From assembly GCA_963528875.1 (NCBI GenBank), contig CAURWT010000002.1, forward strand, positions 60,001 to 92,000: 32,000 nt of DNA, in the 5' to 3' direction. How positions within the stretch are numbered: position 1 is the first letter of the stretch; the number at the start of each line of letters is the position of its first letter. Of this stretch, positions 23,980 to 32,000 are shown in pieces. Origin of the DNA: an uncultured Candidatus Saccharimonas sp. (lineage in GTDB: Bacteria > Patescibacteriota > Saccharimonadia > Saccharimonadales > Saccharimonadaceae). The notes under the pieces are model-generated. The model made no database searches. It was given only the letters and a program-made list of their open reading frames with translations, and was not told the DNA's origin. The position numbers and the translations under genes were made by a program.

Positions 23980-25038
23980 ATGGAACAAGAAACTCAGATT
24001 CAGAATGAAAAAATCCAGTTGATTCAAACGGTTATTTCGAATGCTTTGCAAGTTATCGACCAACCGCGAGAACGCGAAATTATCAACCGCCGATTTGGGC
24101 TTGGCGAGCAAAAAGAAACTCTCGAACAAATTGGCGAAAGGCTTGATATTACTCGTGAGCGAGTTCGTCAGCTTGAAAAAGCCGCGCTTATTAGGCTAAA
24201 AATTGCTGCCGAAAAGGGAAATATTGAACATCTTGCTGAAATCGAAAAAACTATAATTCGAAATCTTGCCGAAGTTGGGCGAATTTCGAAAACTAAAAAT
24301 CTTGTTGAAAAAACTATTGAATCTGAGTCGAGCGATCAGCAAATTTTTAACTTTTTATTTATTGCTGAAATTAGTTCGAAATTAGTTTTAGTCCAAGAAA
24401 ACGATAAATACCACAGTGCAATCGCCAATGCAGAATACGGCGACGAACGAAAGATTAAAAAATCAATCGATGAAATTGTCAATATCATCAAAAAGAATAA
24501 AAGTCCAGTAACCTTGGAGCAGTTAGACGAGCAATTAAGTTATGAACATCCAAGCCAAATTAGTGCGATCGCCAGCGTTTCAAAATTACTCGCAACTTTA
24601 AACGGTCTTTGGGGTCTTGAAAAATGGCCAGCAGTGAATCCGAAAAATATTCGCGACAAAATTTTTGTGATTTTAGAAAGCCAAAAAAAGCCAATGCATT
24701 TTTCAGAAATTGCTGAAGAAATTCGAAAGAGTGACTTTAGCCGAAAAGCGGTTACAACTCAAGCAATTCATAATGAGCTAATTAAAGACAAACGTTTTGT
24801 TTTGATTGGCCGTGGAATTTACGCACTCGACACTTGGGGCTTTAAACGTGGAACTGTAGCCGATATAATTACGGCGGTTCTTAAGGAAGCGGGCAAACCA
24901 CTCTACCGAGATGAAATCGTAAAACGTGTGCTTGAAAAGCGCAAAGTTAAAGAGACAACCGTTTTATTAAATCTTCAAAGTAAAAAAGAGTTCAAACGCG
25001 TAGCAAAAGCAACTTACACTTTAGCTGAACTCGCCTAA
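23980..25038 (+). CDS. sigma-70 region-4 HTH fused to three HARE-HTH-like winged-helix repeats (not a complete sigma factor)
   Basis: The N-terminus REREIINRRFGLGEQKETLEQIGERLDITRERVRQLEKAALIRLK is region 4.2, and no region 2 is present. The C-terminal repeats IVNIIKKNKSPVTLEQL, IFVILESQKKPMHFSEIAEEI...GRGIYAL and IITAVLKEAGKPLYRDEIVKRV...ATYTL resemble the RNAP-delta-type HARE-HTH (pattern recall). Confidence 0.65.
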   Translation: MEQETQIQNEKIQLIQTVISNALQVIDQPREREIINRRFGLGEQKETLEQIGERLDITRERVRQLEKAALIRLKIAAEKGNIEHLAEIEKTIIRNLAEVGRISKTKNLVEKTIESESSDQQIFNFLFIAEISSKLVLVQENDKYHSAIANAEYGDERKIKKSIDEIVNIIKKNKSPVTLEQLDEQLSYEHPSQISAIASVSKLLATLNGLWGLEKWPAVNPKNIRDKIFVILESQKKPMHFSEIAEEIRKSDFSRKAVTTQAIHNELIKDKRFVLIGRGIYALDTWGFKRGTVADIITAVLKEAGKPLYRDEIVKRVLEKRKVKETTVLLNLQSKKEFKRVAKATYTLAELA

Positions 25039-25049
25039 AAACTAAAATT

Positions 25050-25078
25050 CGCTCAAAAATTTGAGCGGGTTTTATTTT
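25050..25078 (+). terminator. intrinsic terminator
   Basis: CGCTCAAA..TTTGAGCG hairpin followed by GGTTTTATTTT. Confidence 0.6.
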
Positions 25079-25107
25079 CGAAAAACCAAAAAGCATAACC
25101 ACCATCT

Positions 25108-25136
25108 TGATTTTTTTGCAGTTTTATGCTATTATT
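25108..25136 (+). promoter_or_regulatory. promoter TTGATT-17-TGcTATTAT, 8 nt before ATG 25145; leaderless-type
   Basis: TTGATT at 25108-25113 and TATTAT at 25131-25136, with TG at 25128-25129. Confidence 0.55.
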
Positions 25137-25144
25137 TAAACACT

Positions 25145-27937
25145 ATGACGGCATTTTTTTCAATCTTATTTAACCCTCTAGTTTGGCTAACAATTGTGGC
25201 AATTTTAGCTTTTTTAACTTGGCAAAATTACAAAAAAATCGATAAATTAACTGTAATGAATACTGACAGCGTTCTTTTAGCGTTGGAAATTCCAAAAACT
25301 AATGATAAATCAGAGCTTGCCGCCGAGCAACTCCTTGCCAGTTTGCACGGAATTCTACGAGACCCAACTGAACTTAAAAATAACAATGGCGTTCAGGAAC
25401 ATTTAAGTTTCGAAATTGTATCTGTTAATGGCGCAATTCGGTTTTATGTTTGGATGCCGAGAACTTTGCAAAGTTTTGTGGAAGGGCAAATTTACTCACA
25501 ATATCCAACAGTTCAAATTTATGAAGCAAAAGAAGATTACGCAGAAAATCTCGAAAATAAACACGTAATTTATTCAACTGAAATTGATTTGATTGAAAAT
25601 GAAGCCTTACCAATTAAAACTTTTGATGGTTTCGAAGTTGACCCACTTGCAGGAATTACTGGAACGCTTGCAAAATTAGACGGAACAAATGACCAGCTAT
25701 GGATTCAAGTTTTAGCACGACCAGTTGCCGATGATTGGCATAAAAAGTTGGATGAATGGGTGAAGAAAGTTAAGTCTGGCAAAAAAGCTTTCAAAATTGA
25801 TTGGAAATATATTTTGCGAATTCTAGAAGCGCTTTGGACGCCACCAGAAGGTTCAGAAAATGCTAAAAAAGAACCGTCCGACCGCGATAAAACTCGCATT
25901 TCGAAAGCTGAAGAAAAGGCCACAAAGCTCGGTTATCAAGTTAAAATTCGTTTGGCATATTTAGGTGAAGATGAAGATACTGCGCGGCTTCAAATTCAAG
26001 CTTTAACTGGAACTTTCAAACAGTTTAATAGTACAAATTTAAATGGTTTTAAGGCTTCGAATTCTTCACTCGATAAAGATAAAATTCGAGATTTTCAGTC
26101 GCGAATATTCTTTGATGACGGATTTATTCTAAATATTCAAGAGCTCGCCAGCATTTGGCATTTACCGCACACAAACGTAGAAACTCCAAATATTGTTTGG
26201 GCTTCAAGTAAAACCGCTGAACCACCTTCGAAATTACCAATAATTACTGGCGACCGCGCGCATGATGAAAATATTTCAGCTTTTGGTTTAACAAACTTTC
26301 GTGGAATTAATCACCAATTTGGAATGCTTCGCCGCGACCGTTCGCGCCACCTTTATATTATTGGTCAAACGGGAACCGGAAAGTCTGGATCGCTTGAACT
26401 TTTGGCGCTTTCGGATATTTTTCATGGTGAAGGATATGCAATTATCGACCCGCATGGCGATTTTGCGCAAAACAACATGCGATTCATTCCCGAACATCGT
26501 CTTAATGATGTAATTTACTTTAATCCTGCCGACACAGAATTTCCACTTGGTTTCAATCCACTCGAAGTAACTGATCCGAGCCGAAAATCGAATATTTCTT
26601 CCGAGGTTATCGGTGTTTTAAAACGTATGTTTGGTGATTCTTGGGGTCCTCGTCTTGAATATATCTTGCGCTTCACGCTTCTGGCACTTCTCGACCGCCC
26701 AGAAACTACAATGCTTGATATTTCAAGAATGCTAACAGATGGCGATTTTCGAAAAGAGACTTTAACTTATTGTAAAGATGACTCCGTACTTCAATTCTGG
26801 AAAAAGGAATTTGGTCAATGGGGTGAAAAACAGGTAAATGAGGCAATCGCACCGATTTTAAATAAGGTTGGAGCTTTCACAGCAAACCCAATTATTCGAA
26901 ATATCATTGGTCAGCCAAAATCGACCTTTAATATTCGCGAGATTATGGATGAAGGTAAAATCTTGGTTGTTAATCTTTCGAAAGGGTTAATCGGTGAAGA
27001 TAACGCCTCAGTTCTTGGTTCCTTTTTGGTAACTAAAATTCAGCTTGCCGCCCAATCGCGCGCAGATATCGAACGACTTGAAGATCGCCGACCGTTTCAT
27101 CTTTATGTTGATGAATTTCAAAACTTTGCTACCGATTCTTTTGCGGTAATTCTTTCAGAAATTCGAAAATATGGCTTAACTTTAACCGTTGCTAATCAAT
27201 ATGTTTCACAAATGACCGACAGCGTTAAAAATGCGGTTTTTGGAAATGTTGGATCAATCATTTCGTTCCGCGTTTCAGTTGAAGATGCTCCAATTTTAGC
27301 CGAGCAATTTAAGCCGCAATTCGATGCTTCAGATTTAATGAGTTTAAATAACCGCCATTTTGTAATGACGATGATTATTAATGGCGAAAAATCAACACCA
27401 TTTAGCGCAACAACTTTAACTTTGCCAAAACCTTTTAATGATTTGAGTGCAAAGATTATTGAAAATACGCGCCGAAATTACAGTACGCCACGGGCTGTCA
27501 TCGAACAACGCATCCGCGATATTCTAGTGCCACCAAAAGAACTAATGACAAAAGCTTGGGCGGAACGAAACGGCGTTGAATTTTCGAAAAAGGTTGCGGA
27601 AAATGTTTTTGCGCCAGTTAAAAATCAAGGAATTTTGAACCAAAAATCCCAGAACATAAAACCAATAGCAAAACAACAAAACTTCACGCCAGTTCAACCA
27701 ATGTTTGAAGCGAAAAAAATTGATTTTTCGAAAGCACCAATTGATCCAAAAAAGATTAGCCCAAATTCTGCCGAACAAAAAGAGCCAAGTTTAGGCCTTA
27801 AGGATCTTTCGAAAGCTTTTGCTGAAAAAGGAATTGAAATTCCGCAAGTAAAAAAACGCCGCAAACCGCGTTCGCGAAATTTAAAACCGCAAACTCGAGA
27901 AACTCAAAATACAAATAATCTTAAAATTGAGCATTAG
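25145..27937 (+). CDS. membrane-anchored VirD4/TraD/TrwB-like (type IV coupling protein family) P-loop ATPase
   Basis: N-terminal TM (LVWLTIVAILAFLTW), Walker A YIIGQTGTGKSG and Walker B FHLYVDEFQNF, then RKYGLTLTVANQYVSQ. The C-terminus is a Lys/Gln/Pro-rich tail. ATG 25145 is preferred over the TTG at 25061, which overlaps the upstream terminator. Confidence 0.8.
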   Translation: MTAFFSILFNPLVWLTIVAILAFLTWQNYKKIDKLTVMNTDSVLLALEIPKTNDKSELAAEQLLASLHGILRDPTELKNNNGVQEHLSFEIVSVNGAIRFYVWMPRTLQSFVEGQIYSQYPTVQIYEAKEDYAENLENKHVIYSTEIDLIENEALPIKTFDGFEVDPLAGITGTLAKLDGTNDQLWIQVLARPVADDWHKKLDEWVKKVKSGKKAFKIDWKYILRILEALWTPPEGSENAKKEPSDRDKTRISKAEEKATKLGYQVKIRLAYLGEDEDTARLQIQALTGTFKQFNSTNLNGFKASNSSLDKDKIRDFQSRIFFDDGFILNIQELASIWHLPHTNVETPNIVWASSKTAEPPSKLPIITGDRAHDENISAFGLTNFRGINHQFGMLRRDRSRHLYIIGQTGTGKSGSLELLALSDIFHGEGYAIIDPHGDFAQNNMRFIPEHRLNDVIYFNPADTEFPLGFNPLEVTDPSRKSNISSEVIGVLKRMFGDSWGPRLEYILRFTLLALLDRPETTMLDISRMLTDGDFRKETLTYCKDDSVLQFWKKEFGQWGEKQVNEAIAPILNKVGAFTANPIIRNIIGQPKSTFNIREIMDEGKILVVNLSKGLIGEDNASVLGSFLVTKIQLAAQSRADIERLEDRRPFHLYVDEFQNFATDSFAVILSEIRKYGLTLTVANQYVSQMTDSVKNAVFGNVGSIISFRVSVEDAPILAEQFKPQFDASDLMSLNNRHFVMTMIINGEKSTPFSATTLTLPKPFNDLSAKIIENTRRNYSTPRAVIEQRIRDILVPPKELMTKAWAERNGVEFSKKVAENVFAPVKNQGILNQKSQNIKPIAKQQNFTPVQPMFEAKKIDFSKAPIDPKKISPNSAEQKEPSLGLKDLSKAFAEKGIEIPQVKKRRKPRSRNLKPQTRETQNTNNLKIEH

Positions 27938-27993
27938 AATTTGACAGTAAAAATCATAAGTAGTAGAATAAATAACTATAAGGAAGGAATTTA

Positions 27994-28686
27994 ATGAACA
28001 AAAGTAATTTAATAGAAGTTAAGAATCTCGTCAAAGTTTATCGCGACGGCAATACGTATTTTAAAGCACTAAATGGCGTTTCTTTTAGCATTCAAAAAGG
28101 TGAAAGCGTTGCAATTATCGGTAAATCTGGTAGCGGAAAATCAACACTTATGCACCTTTTAGCAGCGCTCGACAAACCAAATGAGGGTGAAATTTTAATT
28201 AATGGCCAAAATATTGCTAAAATGAAAAAACGCGAATTGAATAAACTTCGAAACCAAACTTTTGGCTTTGTTTTTCAACAATTTTTTATGAATCCAAAAG
28301 ACACGGTTTTACAAAATGTGATTCTACCGCTTAAAATTGCCGGAGTTGGTTCAAGAAAGCGCAAAGAAATTGCTCTAAAAGCTCTCGAATCTGTTGAGCT
28401 AACCGACAAAGCTAAAAATAAAGCTTCAAATCTTTCTGGTGGTCAAAAACAACGTGTCTGCGTGGCTCGCGCAATTGCAAATTCACCAGAAATTATTTTC
28501 GCCGATGAACCAACAGGAAATCTCGACTCAAAAACAAGCAAAAAAATTGAGGATTTACTTTTTGGTTTAAATAAGGAAAGCGGAATTACACTGATTATTG
28601 TAACGCACGATGAATCTTTGGCTGCAAAATGTGATCGCCAGATTCGAATTCAAGACGGACAAATTGTTTCGAAAGGAGAAAAATAA
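27994..28686 (+). CDS. ABC transporter ATP-binding protein, MacB/LolD/FtsE-like
   Basis: GKSGSGKST, LSGGQKQRVCVARA, IIFADEPTGNLD and IIVTHD motifs. SD AAGGAAGGA. Confidence 0.9.
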   Translation: MNKSNLIEVKNLVKVYRDGNTYFKALNGVSFSIQKGESVAIIGKSGSGKSTLMHLLAALDKPNEGEILINGQNIAKMKKRELNKLRNQTFGFVFQQFFMNPKDTVLQNVILPLKIAGVGSRKRKEIALKALESVELTDKAKNKASNLSGGQKQRVCVARAIANSPEIIFADEPTGNLDSKTSKKIEDLLFGLNKESGITLIIVTHDESLAAKCDRQIRIQDGQIVSKGEK

Positions 28687-29969
28687 TGAAATTTTTAGAT
28701 ATGGTTGGAACCTCAGCATCAAATTTGTGGCGAAATAAAGGCCGAACTTTCTTGACGATTATTGCGGTTTGTATCGGCTCTTTTACTATAGCATTAACCT
28801 CTGCTGTAAATATCGGCGTGAATGATTATATCCAAAAACAGCTTTCGGTTTTTGGTGACGACTCTATAATTTATTTTCAACCAAAGAAGGACAATGGCAT
28901 AACTTTTGGGCCACAAGAATACAAAGAAGGCGATTCTAAAAAAGCTGGCTCTAGATATGCTCAGCAGACTCTAAATTCTAAAGATCTTGAAAAAATTAAT
29001 AAAATTTCAAACGTTAAAAATGCCCGCTTCTACAAAATAGCAACACCAGACTATATTCAATATAAAGATGGCAAGAAACTTACAATTACATCTGTTATAG
29101 TGGAAGTTGAAGGACAAAAATTTGACTTTGATTTCTTAGCTGGAGGTAAACCAAAAAATAAAGATGAGGTAACAATTTCTCAGGATTATCTTGAACCTCT
29201 AGGCTTAAAAAATGCTCAAGACGCGATCGGTAAAAAAGTAACCTTTCAAGTTTCAGATTCTTTGACAGGTGAAAAGAAAATTATCACCCAGAAAGTTTCA
29301 GGCGTAACAGCTAAGAGCTTGATTCAGTCAGCAATGGTAACAATTAACGAACCAACCTTTAATGAAATTTATGACTTCCAAACAAAAAGCTTACCACTAG
29401 AATCGAAAGAGAAAAGTATTTCTGCTCTAGCTCAAATTGAAGGAAAAGTAACTGAGGATAAATTAAATCAAATCAAAGAAGATGCTAAAAAAGCAGGTTA
29501 TTCAGCAAACACAGCTAAAGACCAAGTTGAAACTATCATGAATGTTGTAAATGGAATTACTGGATCTTTGATTGTTTTTGGTGCGATTGCACTTCTTGCG
29601 GCTAGTTTTGGAATTATTAACACACTTTACATGAGCGTGCGCGAACGAACTCGTGAGATTGGTTTAATGAAAGCAATGGGGCTTTCGAACCGAAAGATTT
29701 TCCAACTTTTCAGTATTGAAGCAATTTTGATTGGTTTAATTGGTTCAATTTTAGGAATTTTACTCGCATCTTTAGCAGGGGACGCCTTAAATAGCTTCGC
29801 CTCAAAAGATTTCTTAAAAGGGCTTGAAGGATTTAATTTAACTAAATTTACAATTGAGAATAGTATAACTATAACTTTAATTATTGCAGTTGTGGCATTT
29901 TTGGCAGGAGCTTTGCCAGCACGAAGCGCCAGCAAAAAAGACCCAATCGAAGCTTTGAGATACGAATAG
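28686..29969 (+). CDS. ABC transporter permease, FtsX/MacB type (N-terminal TM, large extracytoplasmic domain, 3 C-terminal TMs)
   Basis: RNKGRTFLTIIAVCIGSFTI start, REIGLMKAMGLSNRKIF loop and C-terminal PARSASKKDPIEALRYE. The ATG overlaps the upstream TAA (TAATG). Confidence 0.88.
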   Translation: MKFLDMVGTSASNLWRNKGRTFLTIIAVCIGSFTIALTSAVNIGVNDYIQKQLSVFGDDSIIYFQPKKDNGITFGPQEYKEGDSKKAGSRYAQQTLNSKDLEKINKISNVKNARFYKIATPDYIQYKDGKKLTITSVIVEVEGQKFDFDFLAGGKPKNKDEVTISQDYLEPLGLKNAQDAIGKKVTFQVSDSLTGEKKIITQKVSGVTAKSLIQSAMVTINEPTFNEIYDFQTKSLPLESKEKSISALAQIEGKVTEDKLNQIKEDAKKAGYSANTAKDQVETIMNVVNGITGSLIVFGAIALLAASFGIINTLYMSVRERTREIGLMKAMGLSNRKIFQLFSIEAILIGLIGSILGILLASLAGDALNSFASKDFLKGLEGFNLTKFTIENSITITLIIAVVAFLAGALPARSASKKDPIEALRYE

Positions 29970-30710
29970 ATGGCACGAAAACACCGCATTTCGCAAAATT
30001 TCTTGCGTTCGCCACGAATTGCACTAATGCTTGTTGGGCATAGCAATATTCGAAAACGCGATTTTACGCTAGATATTGGCGCTGGAAGCGGTGTTTTTAC
30101 TTTTGCCCTTAGCAAGAAATCTGCTCAAGTTTTGGCAATTGAATTTGACCGCGAAACTTTCAAAAAACTCCAAAATAACACTAAAAATTTAGAGAATATT
30201 GAAGTTTTATGCGCAGATTTTTTGCGCTTCAACCTTTCGAAATTACCAAAAAATTATAAAGTTTGCGCAAATATTCCTTTTCACTTGAGTTCACCAATTA
30301 TCCAAAAGCTTACAAATGCTCAAAATTCACCAAAAAGCATTTATTTAATTTTACAAAAACAATTCGCCCGCAAACTAATTGTGAGTGATAAAAATTTTAC
30401 TTCCGCACTTGGTGTAAAAATATTTCCGTTTTTCGAAAGTAAAATTAAAAAACCTCTTCAAAAATCTGATTTTACGCCTCCACCGGCTGTTGAAACGGTA
30501 TTTTTCGAAATGAAACGGCGAGAAACTCCGCTAATTTCGAAGGAAGAACAGCCAATTTTTAATGATTTTATTAAAAAAATGTTTGCTGTGCCAGATTTTT
30601 ACAAAAAAAATTGCCAACCAAAATTTAAAACTAAAAAACCAAGCGAATTAAAGGGTGAAGAGTGGTTGGAGATATGGAAGTTTTGGCAAAATTCTGATAA
30701 AATAGAATAA
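29970..30710 (+). CDS. rRNA adenine N6-methyltransferase family protein, Erm-like by length and collinearity (KsgA not excluded)
   Basis: 246 aa with SQNFL, LDIGAGSGVFT, AIEFD, ANIPFHLSSPII, IYLILQKQFARKL and FTPPPAVETV. It is collinear with ErmB as I recall that sequence. The ATG directly abuts the permease TAG. Confidence 0.75.
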   Translation: MARKHRISQNFLRSPRIALMLVGHSNIRKRDFTLDIGAGSGVFTFALSKKSAQVLAIEFDRETFKKLQNNTKNLENIEVLCADFLRFNLSKLPKNYKVCANIPFHLSSPIIQKLTNAQNSPKSIYLILQKQFARKLIVSDKNFTSALGVKIFPFFESKIKKPLQKSDFTPPPAVETVFFEMKRRETPLISKEEQPIFNDFIKKMFAVPDFYKKNCQPKFKTKKPSELKGEEWLEIWKFWQNSDKIE

Positions 30711-30712
30711 TT

Positions 30713-32000
30713 ATGGCACGGAAAATTAAGTTCGAAATAGCTAAATTTAATAAAATTACGCCTGGCGGGCAAGCCTTAGGCACGCTTGAAAATGGCAAAA
30801 AAATCTTTGCTTGGGGAGTTTTACCAAATGAAACCGCAAAAATTCAAATTACAAAAAGTAAATCGAGTTTTGTAGAGGGTTTTGCGGTTGAAATTTTCGA
30901 AAGTTCGCCCGAGAGAATTGAGCAAAAAGATAAGGAGAGTTTTCTTTCAACCAGCCCATGGCAGATTTTTAACTTTGATTTCGAACAAAAAACCAAACAA
31001 GAACTAATTTTTGAAAGTTTTCGCCAAGAAAAAATTGAACTCAAAAACCAAGAAGATTTTTATTCTGATGGTAAAATTTTTGAATATCGCAATAAAGTGG
31101 AGTTTTCATTTTGGTGGGAAAAATCTGGAGAAAATGAAAATGATGGCGAGCTAAGTTTAGCATTTTTTAAGCGTGGAGGAAAGGGAAAAATACCAGTAAA
31201 AGGTACGAGTTTAGCGAAGCCAGAAATCAATCAAGCAGGCCAAAAAGTGCTTGCAATTTTACGAGATAGAAAAACTGCAAGTCGAGATTTGAAGACTTTA
31301 TTAATTCGCGCAAACCAAAAAGGTGAAATTTCAGCCCAACTTTATGTAAAAGATGAAAAGTTTGAGCCATTTTCGAAAAAAGAAATAACTAGCCTTGGAT
31401 TTAAAAATTTTGAGATTATTTTTTCAAACCCAAAATCGCCAGCCAGTGTGATAACTAAAAAGATTCAAAGCCAAAACCAAGAGAATCTGCAAGATTCAGT
31501 TCTTGGCGTGAATTTTAATTATGCAACTGAGAGCTTTTTTCAGATAAATCTACCAGTTTATGAACAGGCTCTGCGCGACATGAAAAAATTCATCGATATT
31601 TCAAAGCCAACAGTTGATTTATACTCCGGTGTAGGATCGATTGGTTTAACGATTGGTGCGGGTGATCTAACTTTGGTTGAAATCAACGAGCCAGCAGTTG
31701 AAGAAATGCGAAGAAATATTACAAAGCTTGGGCGAGAAAAAACCGCAAAAGCTATTTTATCACCAAGCGAAAAAGCTTTAGACTTCATTAAAAAAGGTGC
31801 AAATTTAATTGTTGACCCACCGCGAGCCGGAATGAACCGTGAAGTTTGCGAAAAGATTCTTGAGATAGAGCCAGAAAAGGTGATTTATTTGAGTTGCAAT
31901 CCAACAACGCAAGCACGTGATGCGGCAATTTTAAGTAAAAAATATGAGATAATTTACACTCGTGGCTATAACTTCTTCCCACGAACACCGCATATTGAAA
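30713..32000 (+). CDS. TRAM-domain (uracil-5)-RNA methyltransferase, RlmD/RlmCD/TrmA family (3' end beyond the window)
   Basis: Hand translated; the frame is open from ATG 30713 to the window edge. It has an N-terminal TRAM-like beta region plus FFQIN, DLYSGVGSIGL, VDPPRAGM and YLSCNPTT (catalytic Cys). It lacks the Fe-S cysteine cluster of RumA. Confidence 0.85.
   Translation, partial: MARKIKFEIAKFNKITPGGQALGTLENGKKIFAWGVLPNETAKIQITKSKSSFVEGFAVEIFESSPERIEQKDKESFLSTSPWQIFNFDFEQKTKQELIFESFRQEKIELKNQEDFYSDGKIFEYRNKVEFSFWWEKSGENENDGELSLAFFKRGGKGKIPVKGTSLAKPEINQAGQKVLAILRDRKTASRDLKTLLIRANQKGEISAQLYVKDEKFEPFSKKEITSLGFKNFEIIFSNPKSPASVITKKIQSQNQENLQDSVLGVNFNYATESFFQINLPVYEQALRDMKKFIDISKPTVDLYSGVGSIGLTIGAGDLTLVEINEPAVEEMRRNITKLGREKTAKAILSPSEKALDFIKKGANLIVDPPRAGMNREVCEKILEIEPEKVIYLSCNPTTQARDAAILSKKYEIIYTRGYNFFPRTPHIE

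Noticed and set aside
29627-30115. 162-aa minus-strand ORF across the permease / erm-like junction
   Set aside because: Both sense-strand genes carry strong family motifs there, and the antisense product has no recognisable features or RBS.
1-32000. CRISPR arrays, IS elements, integrases or prophage genes
   Set aside because: No regularly spaced direct repeats, terminal inverted repeats with a transposase, or recombinase-like ORFs were seen on either strand.

Overview
AT-rich, gene-dense bacterial window that uses the standard code, since long ORFs end at TAA, TAG and TGA. The small genes, fused or odd domain architectures and sparse operons suggest a reduced CPR/Patescibacteria-like genome; this is inference only. 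Recognisable housekeeping genes: dprA, ybaB-recR-nrnA, an isolated rplA with a long N-terminal extension, cysS, a tRNA-dihydrouridine synthase, a glutaredoxin-like protein, an ABC-F ATPase, topA, tRNA-Gln(CUG) and tRNA-Glu(CUC). Envelope and accessory genes: a GT-C/GT39-like membrane glycosyltransferase, a GT4 glycosyltransferase, an AI-2E transporter, a divergent MarR and YhgE/Pip pair, and a MazG-like gene. Also present are a sigma-region-4/HARE-HTH protein beside an orphan VirD4/TraD-like ATPase, and a tightly coupled four-gene block (MacB-type ABC ATPase, FtsX-type permease, Erm-like rRNA methyltransferase, RlmD/TrmA-family methyltransferase). Main things worth a second look: (1) the 8-bp palindrome TTTCGAAA (core TTCGAA) occurs far above expectation, in all codon phases and in spacers. 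(2) The left 3.5 kb around tRNA-Gln is an accessory-looking patch. It holds two ORFs joined by an A8 slippery tract, plus an array of individually promoted and terminated small genes, one with an in-frame TGA. (3) Most genes start 6-11 nt after an extended -10 box, so they look leaderless. (4) A structured 130-nt spacer upstream of dprA whose base-pairing favours the minus strand. (5) rplA is fused to a HeH/Rho_N-like domain plus an acidic repeat. (6) The erm-like/MacB-like operon. (7) A decayed RelE/ParE-like toxin. No CRISPR array, transposase or integrase was seen. All family calls come from reading the translations, not from database searches.
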